Source of the DNA: an uncultured Erysipelotrichaceae bacterium
GTDB lineage: Bacteria; Bacillota_I; Bacilli_A; RF39; UBA660
DNA: 64,000 nt
Assembly: GCA_902801525.1 (NCBI GenBank)
Contig: CADCIN010000002.1
Location: forward strand, 12,323-76,322
Direction: 5' to 3'
Under the pieces are notes generated by a model, which searched no databases, was not told the DNA's origin, and saw only the letters and a program-made list of their open reading frames with translations. This document shows, one piece after another, positions 12,258-22,164 of the stretch. Position 1 is the first letter of the stretch, and each line of letters begins with the position of its first letter. The translations under genes and the position numbers were made by a program.

Positions 12258-12764
12258 GTGATATTTGATTTATTTAAAAATGAAGAAGTAAAAATTGAAT
12301 TAACAAGTGAAGATGATTATAAAATATTATCGGATTCGATTCAAAATGATTATGATATTGATAAAGTAAAAGAAAAATTTCATTATGTATTAAAGGAGAT
12401 TGAACGAGCGCAACCTGAATTTGATGAGTTAGTTCCACATATAACGTCAAATTTTGAATTTACACTTCCTAATTCAAAAATGTTCCATTCTGATCCAACA
12501 GCAGTCCTAGGAACAAAACGAATTATGAAAGGCGAAGAATTGTTAGAAGCTTATTATCTGATGAAAAATATATATGATAAGCATTTAAGTACAAGTGAAA
12601 AATATGTTTTTGTATGTCACTATATTGGAAAAAGATCAAAGAATTCAATTATTGCACAATTGAGATGTGGAAAGAGTACAATGCAAAAAATAGATAATAG
12701 TTTGATGATTAAATTTGGAATTTGTCTTGGATGGAAGAATATCGAAAAAAATGAAATAAAATAA
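12258..12764 (+). CDS. putative element-encoded sigma-like/ArpU-RinA-type transcriptional regulator
   Basis: GTG start after a GATGGGGGA RBS. The C-terminal segment LSTSEKYVFVCHYIGKRSKNSIIAQLRCGKSTMQKIDNSL looks like a sigma region-4 HTH. The assignment is weak. Confidence 0.35.
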   Translation: MIFDLFKNEEVKIELTSEDDYKILSDSIQNDYDIDKVKEKFHYVLKEIERAQPEFDELVPHITSNFEFTLPNSKMFHSDPTAVLGTKRIMKGEELLEAYYLMKNIYDKHLSTSEKYVFVCHYIGKRSKNSIIAQLRCGKSTMQKIDNSLMIKFGICLGWKNIEKNEIK

Positions 12765-12887
12765 AAGGAGATATGTATATGTTAAAAGTAATGGGAGCTT
12801 TAGTAATAAGCTCTTTTTTGTTGTTTATTTATTGCAGTTGTAGAATGGCAGCAGAATCTGATAAATATATGGAGGATAAGGATAAAA

Positions 12888-13103
12888 ATGAAAATGAATC
12901 ACTATAAAGCAAATTTATACTTTTCAGGGACAGAACATGAAATGATTATCAATGCAAGATCAAAACTAGAAGCTGTTGTAATTTTATTAAAGCTTTATAA
13001 AAATGAATTAGAAAAATCAAAAATAATTATCAAAGTAAGAGATTTAACATTTGAAGAAAAGAAAATATATGAAATAAAAGAGAGGCAAAAATATGACAAA
13101 TAA
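12888..13103 (+). CDS. hypothetical small protein
   Basis: 71-aa ORF with a GGAGGATAAGG-type RBS upstream. Confidence 0.35.
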   Translation: MKMNHYKANLYFSGTEHEMIINARSKLEAVVILLKLYKNELEKSKIIIKVRDLTFEEKKIYEIKERQKYDK

Positions 13104-13406
13104 ACCAAATTATATAAAGTTTATATACTATATGAAAAAGTATGGAGTAATAAAAAAACAAGTTTATATAAAAGCTTTAAAAAAGTTAGATATAAAGAAA
13201 GAAAATGGATAAAGAAAATGACGGTTAAAATTATATTTGATTCAAAAGGAAAGACTTTGGAGGAAATTATGGAAGAAGATTTTTTAGAATTTATAGAAGC
13301 ATATATAAGAACAAGAATAAAATAAAGTATTGTCAAATGTAAAAAATAACTAATCGTAGTTTTGAGATTGTATGAATAAAAATAATAAAATGCTATTGCA
13401 AGGCAG

Positions 13407-15065
13407 GTGATAAAATATATGTATGGTTCAATTTCAACTTTGTTATCTATATATAGACCTGAGGAAATAGCAAAATATATAAGATTGTCTGAAGAAGATA
13501 AAAATAAAAAAGGTGGAATAATTGATGAATCTGAATCAATAACTAATCAAAGATTGATTCTAAATCAATTTATAGATATAAGAGGAAATCAGGGGTGTTT
13601 ATGTAAAGAATTTGTAGATGATGGTAAATCCGGAACTAACTTTGATAGACCAGGATGGAAAAATTTATTAGATGAAGTAGAAAATGGTACTATAAAAGTA
13701 ATTATAACTAAAAATCTATCAAGATTAGGAAGAAATAATTATGAATGTAGTTACTATATGGACTGTTATTTTCCAGATGTGGGAATTAGATTTATGACAG
13801 TTCAAGAAGATGTTGATACACTAGACCTATATAAAAGTAGTAATGATTATGCAGGAATAACAAATGTAATGAATGAGAAATATTCAAGAGACTTGTCAAA
13901 AAACATAAAAAATTCAAAAAGAGTTCGGCAAGAAAATGGAGAATATATTGGTGGTAATAATACCCCATTTGGATATTATCGAGATCCTACAGATAAACAT
14001 CATTTACTAATAAATGATGTTGAAGCTGTAATTATAAGAATGATTTTTGAAAAATTTACTGAATTAAAAACTCAAGGAGCATTAAAAGAATATCTATTTA
14101 ACAACAAAATATCAACACCTTCTCAGTTTAGACATTATAAAATTCAATCAAAGATACCATATAGATGGGATTCAAGAACATTACATGATATACTAACAAA
14201 CGAAGTTTATATTGGTCATATGGTTCAACATAAATGGGAGAAAAAGAATTTTAGAAGAAAAAAATTATCAAGAGTACCAAGTGAGCAGTGGATTAAAAAA
14301 GAAAATAAACATGATGCGATAATTACGATTGAACAATTTAACTGGGTTCAAGAATTATTAAAATGTGCTCCAAAAAAGTCAAAATTTAACGAACGCGAAT
14401 TATTAGAAGGTATGATGTATTGTCATGAATGTGGACATGCTTTAACTATAAATAGTAAAACTAAACACAAAGGAAAAGATGGAAAAATATATAAGCAATA
14501 TTATTTAATATGTAGCTATTATAAGAAACATAAAAAGGCAAAGGTATGTGAAAGTCATTCATGTAATTATTTTGAATTTGAAAAGTTTGTATTGGAATAT
14601 TTAAATAATATATGTAAAAACTATGTTGATATTATTAAATGCAAAAGTTTAGCAAAAGAGAAAATTTCGAAAATTGATGATAAAAAGCGAAGATTAGAGA
14701 ACAGCATAGAATCATTAGGAAAAGAAATTAAATCGATTGAAGAAAAAATTGAAAGAGCATATATGGATAGACTAGATAATAAAATATCCATTGATATTTA
14801 TAAAAATATATCTTCAAAACTAATTGAAGATAAAGAAAATATTGAAAAGCAATATAATGAGTTAAAGGAAACATATAATGAATTCATGTCAAAGAATTCA
14901 GATGAACGATTAATAGAGGCAGAAGAAGTAGCAGAAGAATTTATTAAAAGTAGAAAAAAGGTTTCAAGAGATTTAATTGTAAAAATAATTGATAAGATAG
15001 AATTTACAAAAGATAAACAAATATTAATTTATGTTAAAATGAAACAATTGGAATATTTAAACTGA
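13407..15065 (+). CDS. large serine recombinase (integrase of the element)
   Basis: N-terminal resolvase-type motif AKYIRLSEEDK...SITNQR, with DDGKSG and NLSRLGRN. A Cys-rich zinc-ribbon region (CHECGH...CSYY...C) and a C-terminal coiled coil. It lies at the junction with the truncated valS. Confidence 0.85.
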   Translation: MIKYMYGSISTLLSIYRPEEIAKYIRLSEEDKNKKGGIIDESESITNQRLILNQFIDIRGNQGCLCKEFVDDGKSGTNFDRPGWKNLLDEVENGTIKVIITKNLSRLGRNNYECSYYMDCYFPDVGIRFMTVQEDVDTLDLYKSSNDYAGITNVMNEKYSRDLSKNIKNSKRVRQENGEYIGGNNTPFGYYRDPTDKHHLLINDVEAVIIRMIFEKFTELKTQGALKEYLFNNKISTPSQFRHYKIQSKIPYRWDSRTLHDILTNEVYIGHMVQHKWEKKNFRRKKLSRVPSEQWIKKENKHDAIITIEQFNWVQELLKCAPKKSKFNERELLEGMMYCHECGHALTINSKTKHKGKDGKIYKQYYLICSYYKKHKKAKVCESHSCNYFEFEKFVLEYLNNICKNYVDIIKCKSLAKEKISKIDDKKRRLENSIESLGKEIKSIEEKIERAYMDRLDNKISIDIYKNISSKLIEDKENIEKQYNELKETYNEFMSKNSDERLIEAEEVAEEFIKSRKKVSRDLIVKIIDKIEFTKDKQILIYVKMKQLEYLN

Positions 15066-16815
15066 TAAGGATTATGGTCATACGGGGTGGGCGAAAATTA
15101 CCCCAGCACATGATCCTAACGACTTTGAAGTTGGAAACAGACATAATTTAGAAAGAATAGTTATCATGAATGATGATGCTACAATGAATGAAAATGTTCC
15201 AAAAAAATATCAAGGAATGACTAGAGAAAAATGTCGTGAAGAGCTTCTAAAAGATTTAGAAAAAGAAGACTTATTACTTGAGGTTGAACCACTAGTTCAT
15301 GAAGTTGGGCACTCAGAAAGAACAGGTGTAATGGTTGAACCAATGATTAAAAAACAATGGTTTGTTAAAATGAGACCACTTGCTGATAATGTATTAGAAA
15401 ATCAAAAAGATACAAAGACAAAAGTTCATTTTGTACCATCATCATATGAAAAAACAATGAATCACTGGATGGAAATAACATATGATTGGTGTATTTCTAG
15501 ACAGTTATGGTGGGGACATAGAATTCCAGCATGGTATAAAGATGATAAGATCTATGTAGGAATGGAAGCACCAAAGGAAGAAGGATGGAAACAAGATGAA
15601 GATGTATTAGATACATGGTTCTCAAGTGCATTATGGCCATTCGCAACATTAGGTTGGCCAGATAATACAGATTTATTAAATAGATATTATCCAAATAATA
15701 CATTAGTAACTGGATATGATATAATTCCGTTCTGGGTAAATAGAATGACATTTCAAGGAGAAAGGCTTCTTGGTAAAAGACCATTTGAACACTGTTTAAT
15801 TCACGGACTAATTCGTGATAAACAAGGAAGAAAATTCTCAAAATCATTAGGAAATGGAATAGATCCATTTGATATGGTAAAAGAATATGGTGCAGATGCA
15901 CTAAGATATTATCTAGCAACAGATGTATCATCAGGAACAGATATGAGATTTGATGAAGATAAAATTAAAGCAACATGGAACTTTATTAATAAACTTTGGA
16001 ATGCATCAAGATTTACTTTAATGAATATCTCTGATTTAAAAGAAATTAAATTAGATAACTTGAAAAATGAAGATAAGTGGATATTAACAAAATATGAAAA
16101 TACAATACATACAGTTAAAAAATTCATGGATAAATTTGGATTTAACAATGCAGGAGCAGCTATCTATGATTTCACATGGAATTACTTCTGTGATTACTAT
16201 ATTGAAATGGCCAAATATTCAATTGATGATGAAACAACTAAATCAATATTATGTTTCATATTGTCAGGTATTTTAAAAATGCTTCATCCATTCATGCCAT
16301 TCGTAACTGAAGAAATTTATAATATGCTTCCAGTAAAAGATGAAGAATCGATTATGATTTCCGAATATCCAAAACATCAAAAGAAATATATATTTGAAGA
16401 AGAAGAAAAAGCAGTAGATGACGCAGTTGAATTTATTAAATCATTTAGAAATGTAAAAGCTGAAAATAATATGACAAAAGATTTAAAAGTTATGTTTGAT
16501 ACAGAAGACGATAATGAATTAATTGTTAAATTATTAAGATTAGATGACAACATAGTAAAAGAACCAACTGGTGCTAAAGCATATAAAGTATTCTCAAATA
16601 GAATAAAAGCGACAATATTCTTTGATAAAATTGAATCAGAAGCAGATAAAAAATTAAAAGAAGCACAAATAGAAACATTAAAAACTTCTATTGCAAGAAG
16701 AGAAAAATTATTATCTAATGAAAATTATGTAAATAAAGCACCAAGCAACATAGTTGAAAAGGATAAGAAAAAACTAGAAGAAGAAAAGAAAAAACTAGAA
16801 GAATTAACTAAATAA
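15064..16815 (+). pseudogene. valS: valyl-tRNA synthetase, 3' portion only (N-terminal catalytic part with HIGH motif absent; gene split by element insertion)
   Basis: The in-frame translation from 15064 reads DKDYGHTGWAKITPAHDPNDFEVGNRHNL (the CP1 editing-domain TPAHD motif). Downstream are KFSKSLGN (KMSKS), the anticodon-binding region and the C-terminal coiled coil. The frame is closed by a TAA at 15058-15060. Confidence 0.85.
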
Positions 16816-16825
16816 AAGGTGAATA

Positions 16826-17593
16826 ATGAATAAGAAAAAAACTCTTTATGCTCTTGTACTAATAATGGCCCTAACAAATGCAGGCTGTGGTAGTAAAGAA
16901 GCCATAAATAAAGCAGTAGAAATAGTAACTACAACAAGTGATGAAGATCTAGAAAAAATGGCATCATCATATGAAGAATATACAGAAATCGCAACAACAA
17001 TGGTTGAAACTACTACTGAAATGGGAACAGTAAAAGAAACAGAGCAAACTTCTGAAATATATACAATAAGTAATATAGAAGAAACACAAACTGAGGCAGA
17101 AACTATACAGCCATTTAATCAAGTAGTAACTGATATTATTAATGAAAATAAAAATAATTTTAATGATTATTATAAAGAAGATTATGAATTGTTTAAAACT
17201 AAAGGTAAAGGGCTATTTATCAAGTTAATAGACTTTCTATTTTATAATTCACAAATCAATGGAGTAACATTTCAGCAATTAACAACTGAAGAAAAACTTA
17301 AATTATATTCAGAATTAGTAAAATTAGATAGTGCTATTATGACAATTGAACCAAACTATAAAGAAACACTTGGAGAAAAATATAATACTATAAAAGATTT
17401 TTCAAAAGAAAAATTAGATACAGTAAAATCTAAAATTAGTGAAAGAATTGGTCAAGAAGAGTATGAAAGTATTCAAAATAAAATAAATGAAAAAAAAGAT
17501 TATGGAGAAAGTATTTATACTGAAAAAAAAGATAAAGTAAAAAAATATGCTGCCGAAAAATACCAAAATTTTAAAAATAATAATCAGGAATAA
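16826..17593 (+). CDS. putative lipoprotein
   Basis: Signal peptide ending LTNAGC (lipobox-like), followed by an acidic, T/E-rich mature region. Confidence 0.55.
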   Translation: MNKKKTLYALVLIMALTNAGCGSKEAINKAVEIVTTTSDEDLEKMASSYEEYTEIATTMVETTTEMGTVKETEQTSEIYTISNIEETQTEAETIQPFNQVVTDIINENKNNFNDYYKEDYELFKTKGKGLFIKLIDFLFYNSQINGVTFQQLTTEEKLKLYSELVKLDSAIMTIEPNYKETLGEKYNTIKDFSKEKLDTVKSKISERIGQEEYESIQNKINEKKDYGESIYTEKKDKVKKYAAEKYQNFKNNNQE

Positions 17594-17610
17594 TTTATAA
17601 AAAAATGAAA

Positions 17611-17642
17611 AGAATATTATTGTTGAAAGATAATATTTTTTT
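17611..17642 (+). terminator. intrinsic terminator after the lipoprotein gene
   Basis: AATATTAT / ATAATATT stem followed by a T-run. Confidence 0.45.
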
Positions 17643-17643
17643 A

Positions 17644-17672
17644 TTGAAAATTATAAAGAAAAATGATAATAT
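17644..17672 (+). promoter_or_regulatory. sigma-A promoter with extended -10 for paralog 1
   Basis: TTGAAA at 17644-17649, a 17-nt spacer ending TGA, then TAATAT at 17667-17672. Confidence 0.55.
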
Positions 17673-17735
17673 TAAATATAGAGTAGGATAGCAATTGAAG
17701 AAATGTATCTACTTAAATAGTAAAGGAGAAATTAC

Positions 17736-18323
17736 ATGAAAGGAAATAATCAAAAAAGTGCTTACGTGTTACTAGGAGTATTATCTATAATGATTATTGG
17801 ATTGAGTATTGCATTTGCAGCATTATCATCAACATTAAATATTACTTTTGGAAATGTAACACAAAGTGCAGAAAGTTGGAACATAGCATTCAAAACAGGA
17901 ACAGGAGTTGCTGGAACAGCTAAAGGAACAAGTACAACAGGAAGAACATGTGGAACTGCAAATATTACTGCAACAACTGCAACTATTGCAGATACTACAT
18001 TATCAAAACCAGGTGATTCTTGTACATGGCCATTAACTGTAGAAAATAAAGGAACAATTGATGCAACATTAGCAACAATTACACCAACTGCACCAACATC
18101 TGTAACTTGTACAAATAGTGGAGCAAGTATGGTATGTGGTAATATTACATATAAAATTACTACAGACGAAAATGCATTAACATTATTAAAAACAGGTGGA
18201 AAACTTGCTAAATCAGGTACACAACAAATATATTTAACAGCAACTTATACTGGATCAACACTTTCAGCAACTGAAGTAGTTCAATCTGGTGCTAAATTTT
18301 CTTTAGTATATAACCAAGCATAG
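17736..18323 (+). CDS. secreted four-cysteine beta-sandwich-like protein, tandem family member 1
   Basis: Signal peptide with AFA-ALS cleavage-like site, conserved ITFGNVTQS..W, LSKPGDSCTW, GASMVCGNITYK, and ending LVYNQA. Confidence 0.8.
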   Translation: MKGNNQKSAYVLLGVLSIMIIGLSIAFAALSSTLNITFGNVTQSAESWNIAFKTGTGVAGTAKGTSTTGRTCGTANITATTATIADTTLSKPGDSCTWPLTVENKGTIDATLATITPTAPTSVTCTNSGASMVCGNITYKITTDENALTLLKTGGKLAKSGTQQIYLTATYTGSTLSATEVVQSGAKFSLVYNQA

Positions 18324-18343
18324 TTATATATTAATTAAAAGGG

Positions 18344-19453
18344 GTGATGACAATTAATAATTCAGAAAAAGAAATTGAACTCCTTGATATATTTGAAGAA
18401 GAGAAAATAGAAGTACCACAAAAAGAAATAAAAAAAGATAATTCAAAACTCAAATATCCAAAATATGATAGTTTTGAAAAAAAACTAATGCGAAAAATTA
18501 TTCCTATAGTGGTAATGATAATTGTATCTGCTATATCGCTTTTCAAAATATTTGATTATATAGCAAATAATAAAGAAACATTCAAGGAATTATCAACATC
18601 GAATTACTTTGTGTGTTTAAGTGATAATGAGTATTATGAATTAGAATGTCAACCTGAAAATATGCAATATTTAGCTGGTGAAACAAAAACAATTAAATAT
18701 AATGTTTCATATAATGCTTTATATAACTACAATGTTGATAAAAAATATAATTATGATATTGTTGCTGATTTAGATATATATAGTGATGAAGAAAATAGTA
18801 AAACTCTAATTCACAAATCAGAAAAAATAGTATCTAATAAAATGGTAAAAATGCAAGGTAGCTATCATACAATAAATGATACAGTTACAATACCATTTTC
18901 AAAATATTATAATTTAATACAAAGTTATGAAAATAAATATGGAGTATTGACTAAATCCACATTCAAAATAACTTTTAAAGTAAATAACAAAGATATTTCT
19001 TCAATTAATATGAATTTAGGTAGATCTACTTATAAGATAGATAAACAAGATACTAAAAATAGTAGTATTATTGATAAGAGTTTAAAAGAATCTTTAACAT
19101 CAGAATTAATGGTATACATTATTGTATTTGCAGTTAGTTCTATAGTATCAATAATATTATTAATAAATATAATATATTTTCTAATTAGATATACACCAAA
19201 GAAAAGTTCATATCAAAATAGTCTAAAAGAAATTTTGAAAAATTATGACAGAATAATAGTAGAAATTAAAGATGTTAAACCTCTAATTCAAGATAAACCA
19301 ATAATTAAGGTTAAAACATTTCTTGAATTAGTCGATTTAAGAGATACTATTGATAGACCAATATTACATGTAAGGATAAATAGTATCAAAGATGCATTCT
19401 ATGTAAATGATGCTGATAAAATTTATGAATATGTAATGAAAGATAATAATTAA
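18344..19453 (+). CDS. two-TM membrane protein of unknown function embedded in the paralog array
   Basis: 369-aa ORF with hydrophobic segments IIPIVVMIIVSAISLF and LMVYIIVFAVSSIVSIILLINIIYFLI. Confidence 0.6.
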   Translation: MMTINNSEKEIELLDIFEEEKIEVPQKEIKKDNSKLKYPKYDSFEKKLMRKIIPIVVMIIVSAISLFKIFDYIANNKETFKELSTSNYFVCLSDNEYYELECQPENMQYLAGETKTIKYNVSYNALYNYNVDKKYNYDIVADLDIYSDEENSKTLIHKSEKIVSNKMVKMQGSYHTINDTVTIPFSKYYNLIQSYENKYGVLTKSTFKITFKVNNKDISSINMNLGRSTYKIDKQDTKNSSIIDKSLKESLTSELMVYIIVFAVSSIVSIILLINIIYFLIRYTPKKSSYQNSLKEILKNYDRIIVEIKDVKPLIQDKPIIKVKTFLELVDLRDTIDRPILHVRINSIKDAFYVNDADKIYEYVMKDNN

Positions 19454-19472
19454 AATTTGAGAGGAATAAAAC

Positions 19473-20063
19473 ATGAAAGAAACAAGCAAAAAGAAATCAT
19501 ATATTATTTTAACAGTATTATCAGTAATGATAATTGGATTAAGTGTTGCTTTTGCAGCATTATCTACAACATTAACAATTAACTTTGGAAATGTTACACA
19601 ATCTTCACAAAATTGGAATGTTCAATTTAAAGAAGAATCTGCACTAGAAGCAGAAAAAAATGGAACTAGTGATACTGGACTAGTATGTGGTACAGTTAAA
19701 GCAACTACTACAACTGCTACAGTATCTGATTCAACATTATCTAAACCTGGTGATAAATGTGTATGGGCATTAAATGTTAAAAATACAGGAACAATCGATG
19801 CAACATTATCAACAATTACTCCAGTAACACCATCTTCAGTAGAGTGTACAACTGTAGGTGCAAGTATGGTATGTGGAAACATTACTTATAAATTAGCTTC
19901 AAATGCTGATGGATCTACATTACTTGCAACAGGAGTAGATGTTTTAAATACAACAGGAAATCTACCAGTTTATTTAGTTGCTGAATATACAGGAACTGAA
20001 CTTAGTGCAACACCAGTAACTCATACAGGTGCTGGATTCACAATGAACTTTGCACAAAAATAG
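19473..20063 (+). CDS. secreted four-cysteine protein, family member 2
   Basis: Same architecture and motifs: VAFAALSTTLTINFGNVTQS, LSKPGDKCVW, GASMVCGNITYK. Confidence 0.8.
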   Translation: MKETSKKKSYIILTVLSVMIIGLSVAFAALSTTLTINFGNVTQSSQNWNVQFKEESALEAEKNGTSDTGLVCGTVKATTTTATVSDSTLSKPGDKCVWALNVKNTGTIDATLSTITPVTPSSVECTTVGASMVCGNITYKLASNADGSTLLATGVDVLNTTGNLPVYLVAEYTGTELSATPVTHTGAGFTMNFAQK

Positions 20064-20075
20064 GAGGTAAATATA

Positions 20076-20672
20076 ATGGAACAAAACGAAAATAAAGTAA
20101 AGAATAGAGAAGTATATGTAATTCTTTCAGTATTGTGCGTAGCTGTAGTAATTCTTGCAGTTGCATATGCTGCTTTATCTTCCACATTAGAAATTAACTT
20201 TGGTACTGTTTCGCAAAATGTACAATCTTGGAATGTAGGATTTATTCCAGGTACTGCAACAGCAACATCTAAAGGAACAAGTACTACAGGTTTAGTATGC
20301 GGAAGTGCAACTGTAACAACTGATACAGTTACAGTTGCAGATTCATCAATTTCTAAACCAGGTGATTCTTGTACTTATAAATTAACAGTTAAAAATAGTG
20401 GATCAATCAATGCAAAATTATCAACAATTACACCAGTAGATCCTGCATCTACAAGCTGTACAAAAGATGGAGCAAGCATGGTATGTGGAAATATTACTTA
20501 TAAATTAACAACAGACGATGTTGGAACTACATTATTAACAGCAAATGCTAGCTTAGAAACAGCTAAAAGTCAAACTGTATATTTAAGTGCTACATATACA
20601 GGAACAGGATTACAATCTGAAGCAGTAACACAATCAGGAGCAGGTTTTACATTAGTTTATAATCAAGCATAA
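20076..20672 (+). CDS. secreted four-cysteine protein, family member 3
   Basis: VAYAALSSTLEINFGTVSQN, ISKPGDSCTY, GASMVCGNITYK, LVYNQA. It lies 12 nt after member 2. Confidence 0.8.
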   Translation: MEQNENKVKNREVYVILSVLCVAVVILAVAYAALSSTLEINFGTVSQNVQSWNVGFIPGTATATSKGTSTTGLVCGSATVTTDTVTVADSSISKPGDSCTYKLTVKNSGSINAKLSTITPVDPASTSCTKDGASMVCGNITYKLTTDDVGTTLLTANASLETAKSQTVYLSATYTGTGLQSEAVTQSGAGFTLVYNQA

Positions 20673-20675
20673 AAT

Positions 20676-20710
20676 AAAAAAACTTTAAATTTAATTTTAA
20701 AGTTTTTTTT
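20676..20710 (+). terminator. intrinsic terminator after family member 3
   Basis: AACTTTAAA / TTTAAAGTT stem flanked by an A-run and a T-run. Confidence 0.55.
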
Positions 20711-20737
20711 TGTAAAATTATCTGAATAAATGTTATA

Positions 20738-20766
20738 TTGAAATAATTTGAATAAAATGTTAAAAT
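20738..20766 (+). promoter_or_regulatory. sigma-A promoter for family member 4
   Basis: TTGAAA at 20738-20743, a 17-nt spacer ending TGT, then TAAAAT at 20761-20766. Confidence 0.5.
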
Positions 20767-20783
20767 ATATATAAGAAAGATAA

Positions 20784-21371
20784 TTGGAGGATGAAATGCA
20801 TAAACAAAAGTACAAAATAATTTTAATTTTAACAGCTTTATTATTAACACTAGGTGTTGCTTTTGCAGCAATGAAAAAAACTTTAACAATAAAATTTGGA
20901 AATGTAACACAAACAGCACAAACATGGAATGTAGGTTTTGTTCCAGTAGCAAGTCAAACTGCAACAACAGGTTGAACAAGTACAACAGGAAGAGTCTGTG
21001 GAACAGCAACAATAACTGCTACAACAATAACTGTAGCTGATACAACACTTTCTAAGCCAGGTGACACCTGCGCATGGCCTTTAACAATAAAAAACTCTGG
21101 ATCACTTGATGCAATGGTAACAAATATTACAGCAACAAAACCAGGTTCAACAACATGTACTGTAGACGGAGCAGGAATGGTCTGTGGTAATATTACATAT
21201 AAACTTAAACCTGATATAGTAAAATCAGATGTTTATTCATTAAATTCTGTAATAGAGTCAAACAAAACTCAGGATTTATACTTAGTAGCAGCTTATACTG
21301 GTGACACAGTTAATACAACAGCAGTAACACAATCATCAGCAGCATTTACACTAGTATTTGGTCAAAAATAA
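20784..21371 (+). pseudogene. family member 4, interrupted by a single in-frame TGA (20973-20975)
   Basis: ORFs 20784-20975 and 21114-21371 share a frame, with no other stop between them. The TGA aligns with the conserved Gly (GGA) of the TTGGTSATGR / KGTSTTGR motif in the paralogs. Confidence 0.8.
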
Positions 21372-21446
21372 AATTAATGATATTGAAAAATTATATAAAA
21401 AATGATACTCTATAAAAGTAAAAAGTAGTATATATAGGAGGATAAA

Positions 21447-22034
21447 ATGAAAATCAAAAATGAGAAAAAAACTTATGTCTTAATAGCAGTATTAACTGGA
21501 TTAGTTATTAGTTTAGGAATCGCTTATGCAGCTTTATCCCAAACATTAGATATAACATTTGGTAACGTTACACAAAACGCTCAAACATGGAAAATTGGAT
21601 TTGTAACACAATCAGCAGCAGCAGCTACAACAACTGGTGGAACAAGTGCAACAGGAAGAACTTGTGGAACAGTTACAACAACATCTACAACTGCTACAAT
21701 AACAGATACTACATTATCAAAACCAGATGATAAATGTATCTGGAAATTACAAGTTAAAAATTCTGGTAATATAGGTGCAACTCTTTCAGATTTAAAAGCA
21801 GTACAACCTGAATCAACTACATGTACAGTATCAGGTGGAAGTATGGTATGCGGCAATATTACATATAAGCTTACAACAGATGAAGCTGGATCAACATTAT
21901 ATAAAAAGGGAACAGCTCTTGCAGTAGGTGCTACAAAAGATTTATACTTAGTTGCACAATTTACTGGAAGTATTTCATCAACCAAAGTAACTCAATCTGC
22001 AGCTGGCTTCACATTAGTTTATGGTCAAAAATAA
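21447..22034 (+). CDS. secreted four-cysteine protein, family member 5
   Basis: IAYAALSQTLDITFGNVTQN, LSKPDDKCIW, GGSMVCGNITYK, LVYGQK. Confidence 0.8.
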   Translation: MKIKNEKKTYVLIAVLTGLVISLGIAYAALSQTLDITFGNVTQNAQTWKIGFVTQSAAAATTTGGTSATGRTCGTVTTTSTTATITDTTLSKPDDKCIWKLQVKNSGNIGATLSDLKAVQPESTTCTVSGGSMVCGNITYKLTTDEAGSTLYKKGTALAVGATKDLYLVAQFTGSISSTKVTQSAAGFTLVYGQK

Positions 22035-22040
22035 TATAGA

Positions 22041-22070
22041 AATATAATCATTTGATTATATTTTTTTTTT
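22041..22070 (+). terminator. intrinsic terminator after family member 5
   Basis: AATATAATC / GATTATATT stem followed by T10. Confidence 0.55.
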
Positions 22071-22164
22071 ACATAAAAATAAAATATAATAAATAAAAAT
22101 TTTATATTGATATTTATTTTTTTTTTGTTATAATCTAATTAAGTTTAGAAAAGAGGAAAGACAA

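Noticed and set aside
13121-13336. 71-aa minus-strand ORF upstream of the recombinase
   Set aside because: It is hydrophobic and low-complexity, with no RBS. A short plus-strand ORF (~13217-13325, MTVKIIFDSKGKTLEEIMEEDFLEFIEAYIRTRIK) is an equally weak alternative, and neither can be supported.
20973-20975. TGA aligned to an invariant Gly: possible UGA=Gly recoding (code 25) or UGA=Trp (code 4)
   Set aside because: TGA clearly terminates well-supported genes in the same window (serine recombinase at 15063-15065, flavoprotein at 28389-28391). The other paralogs use GGA/GGT at this position. A simple G->T nonsense mutation explains it.
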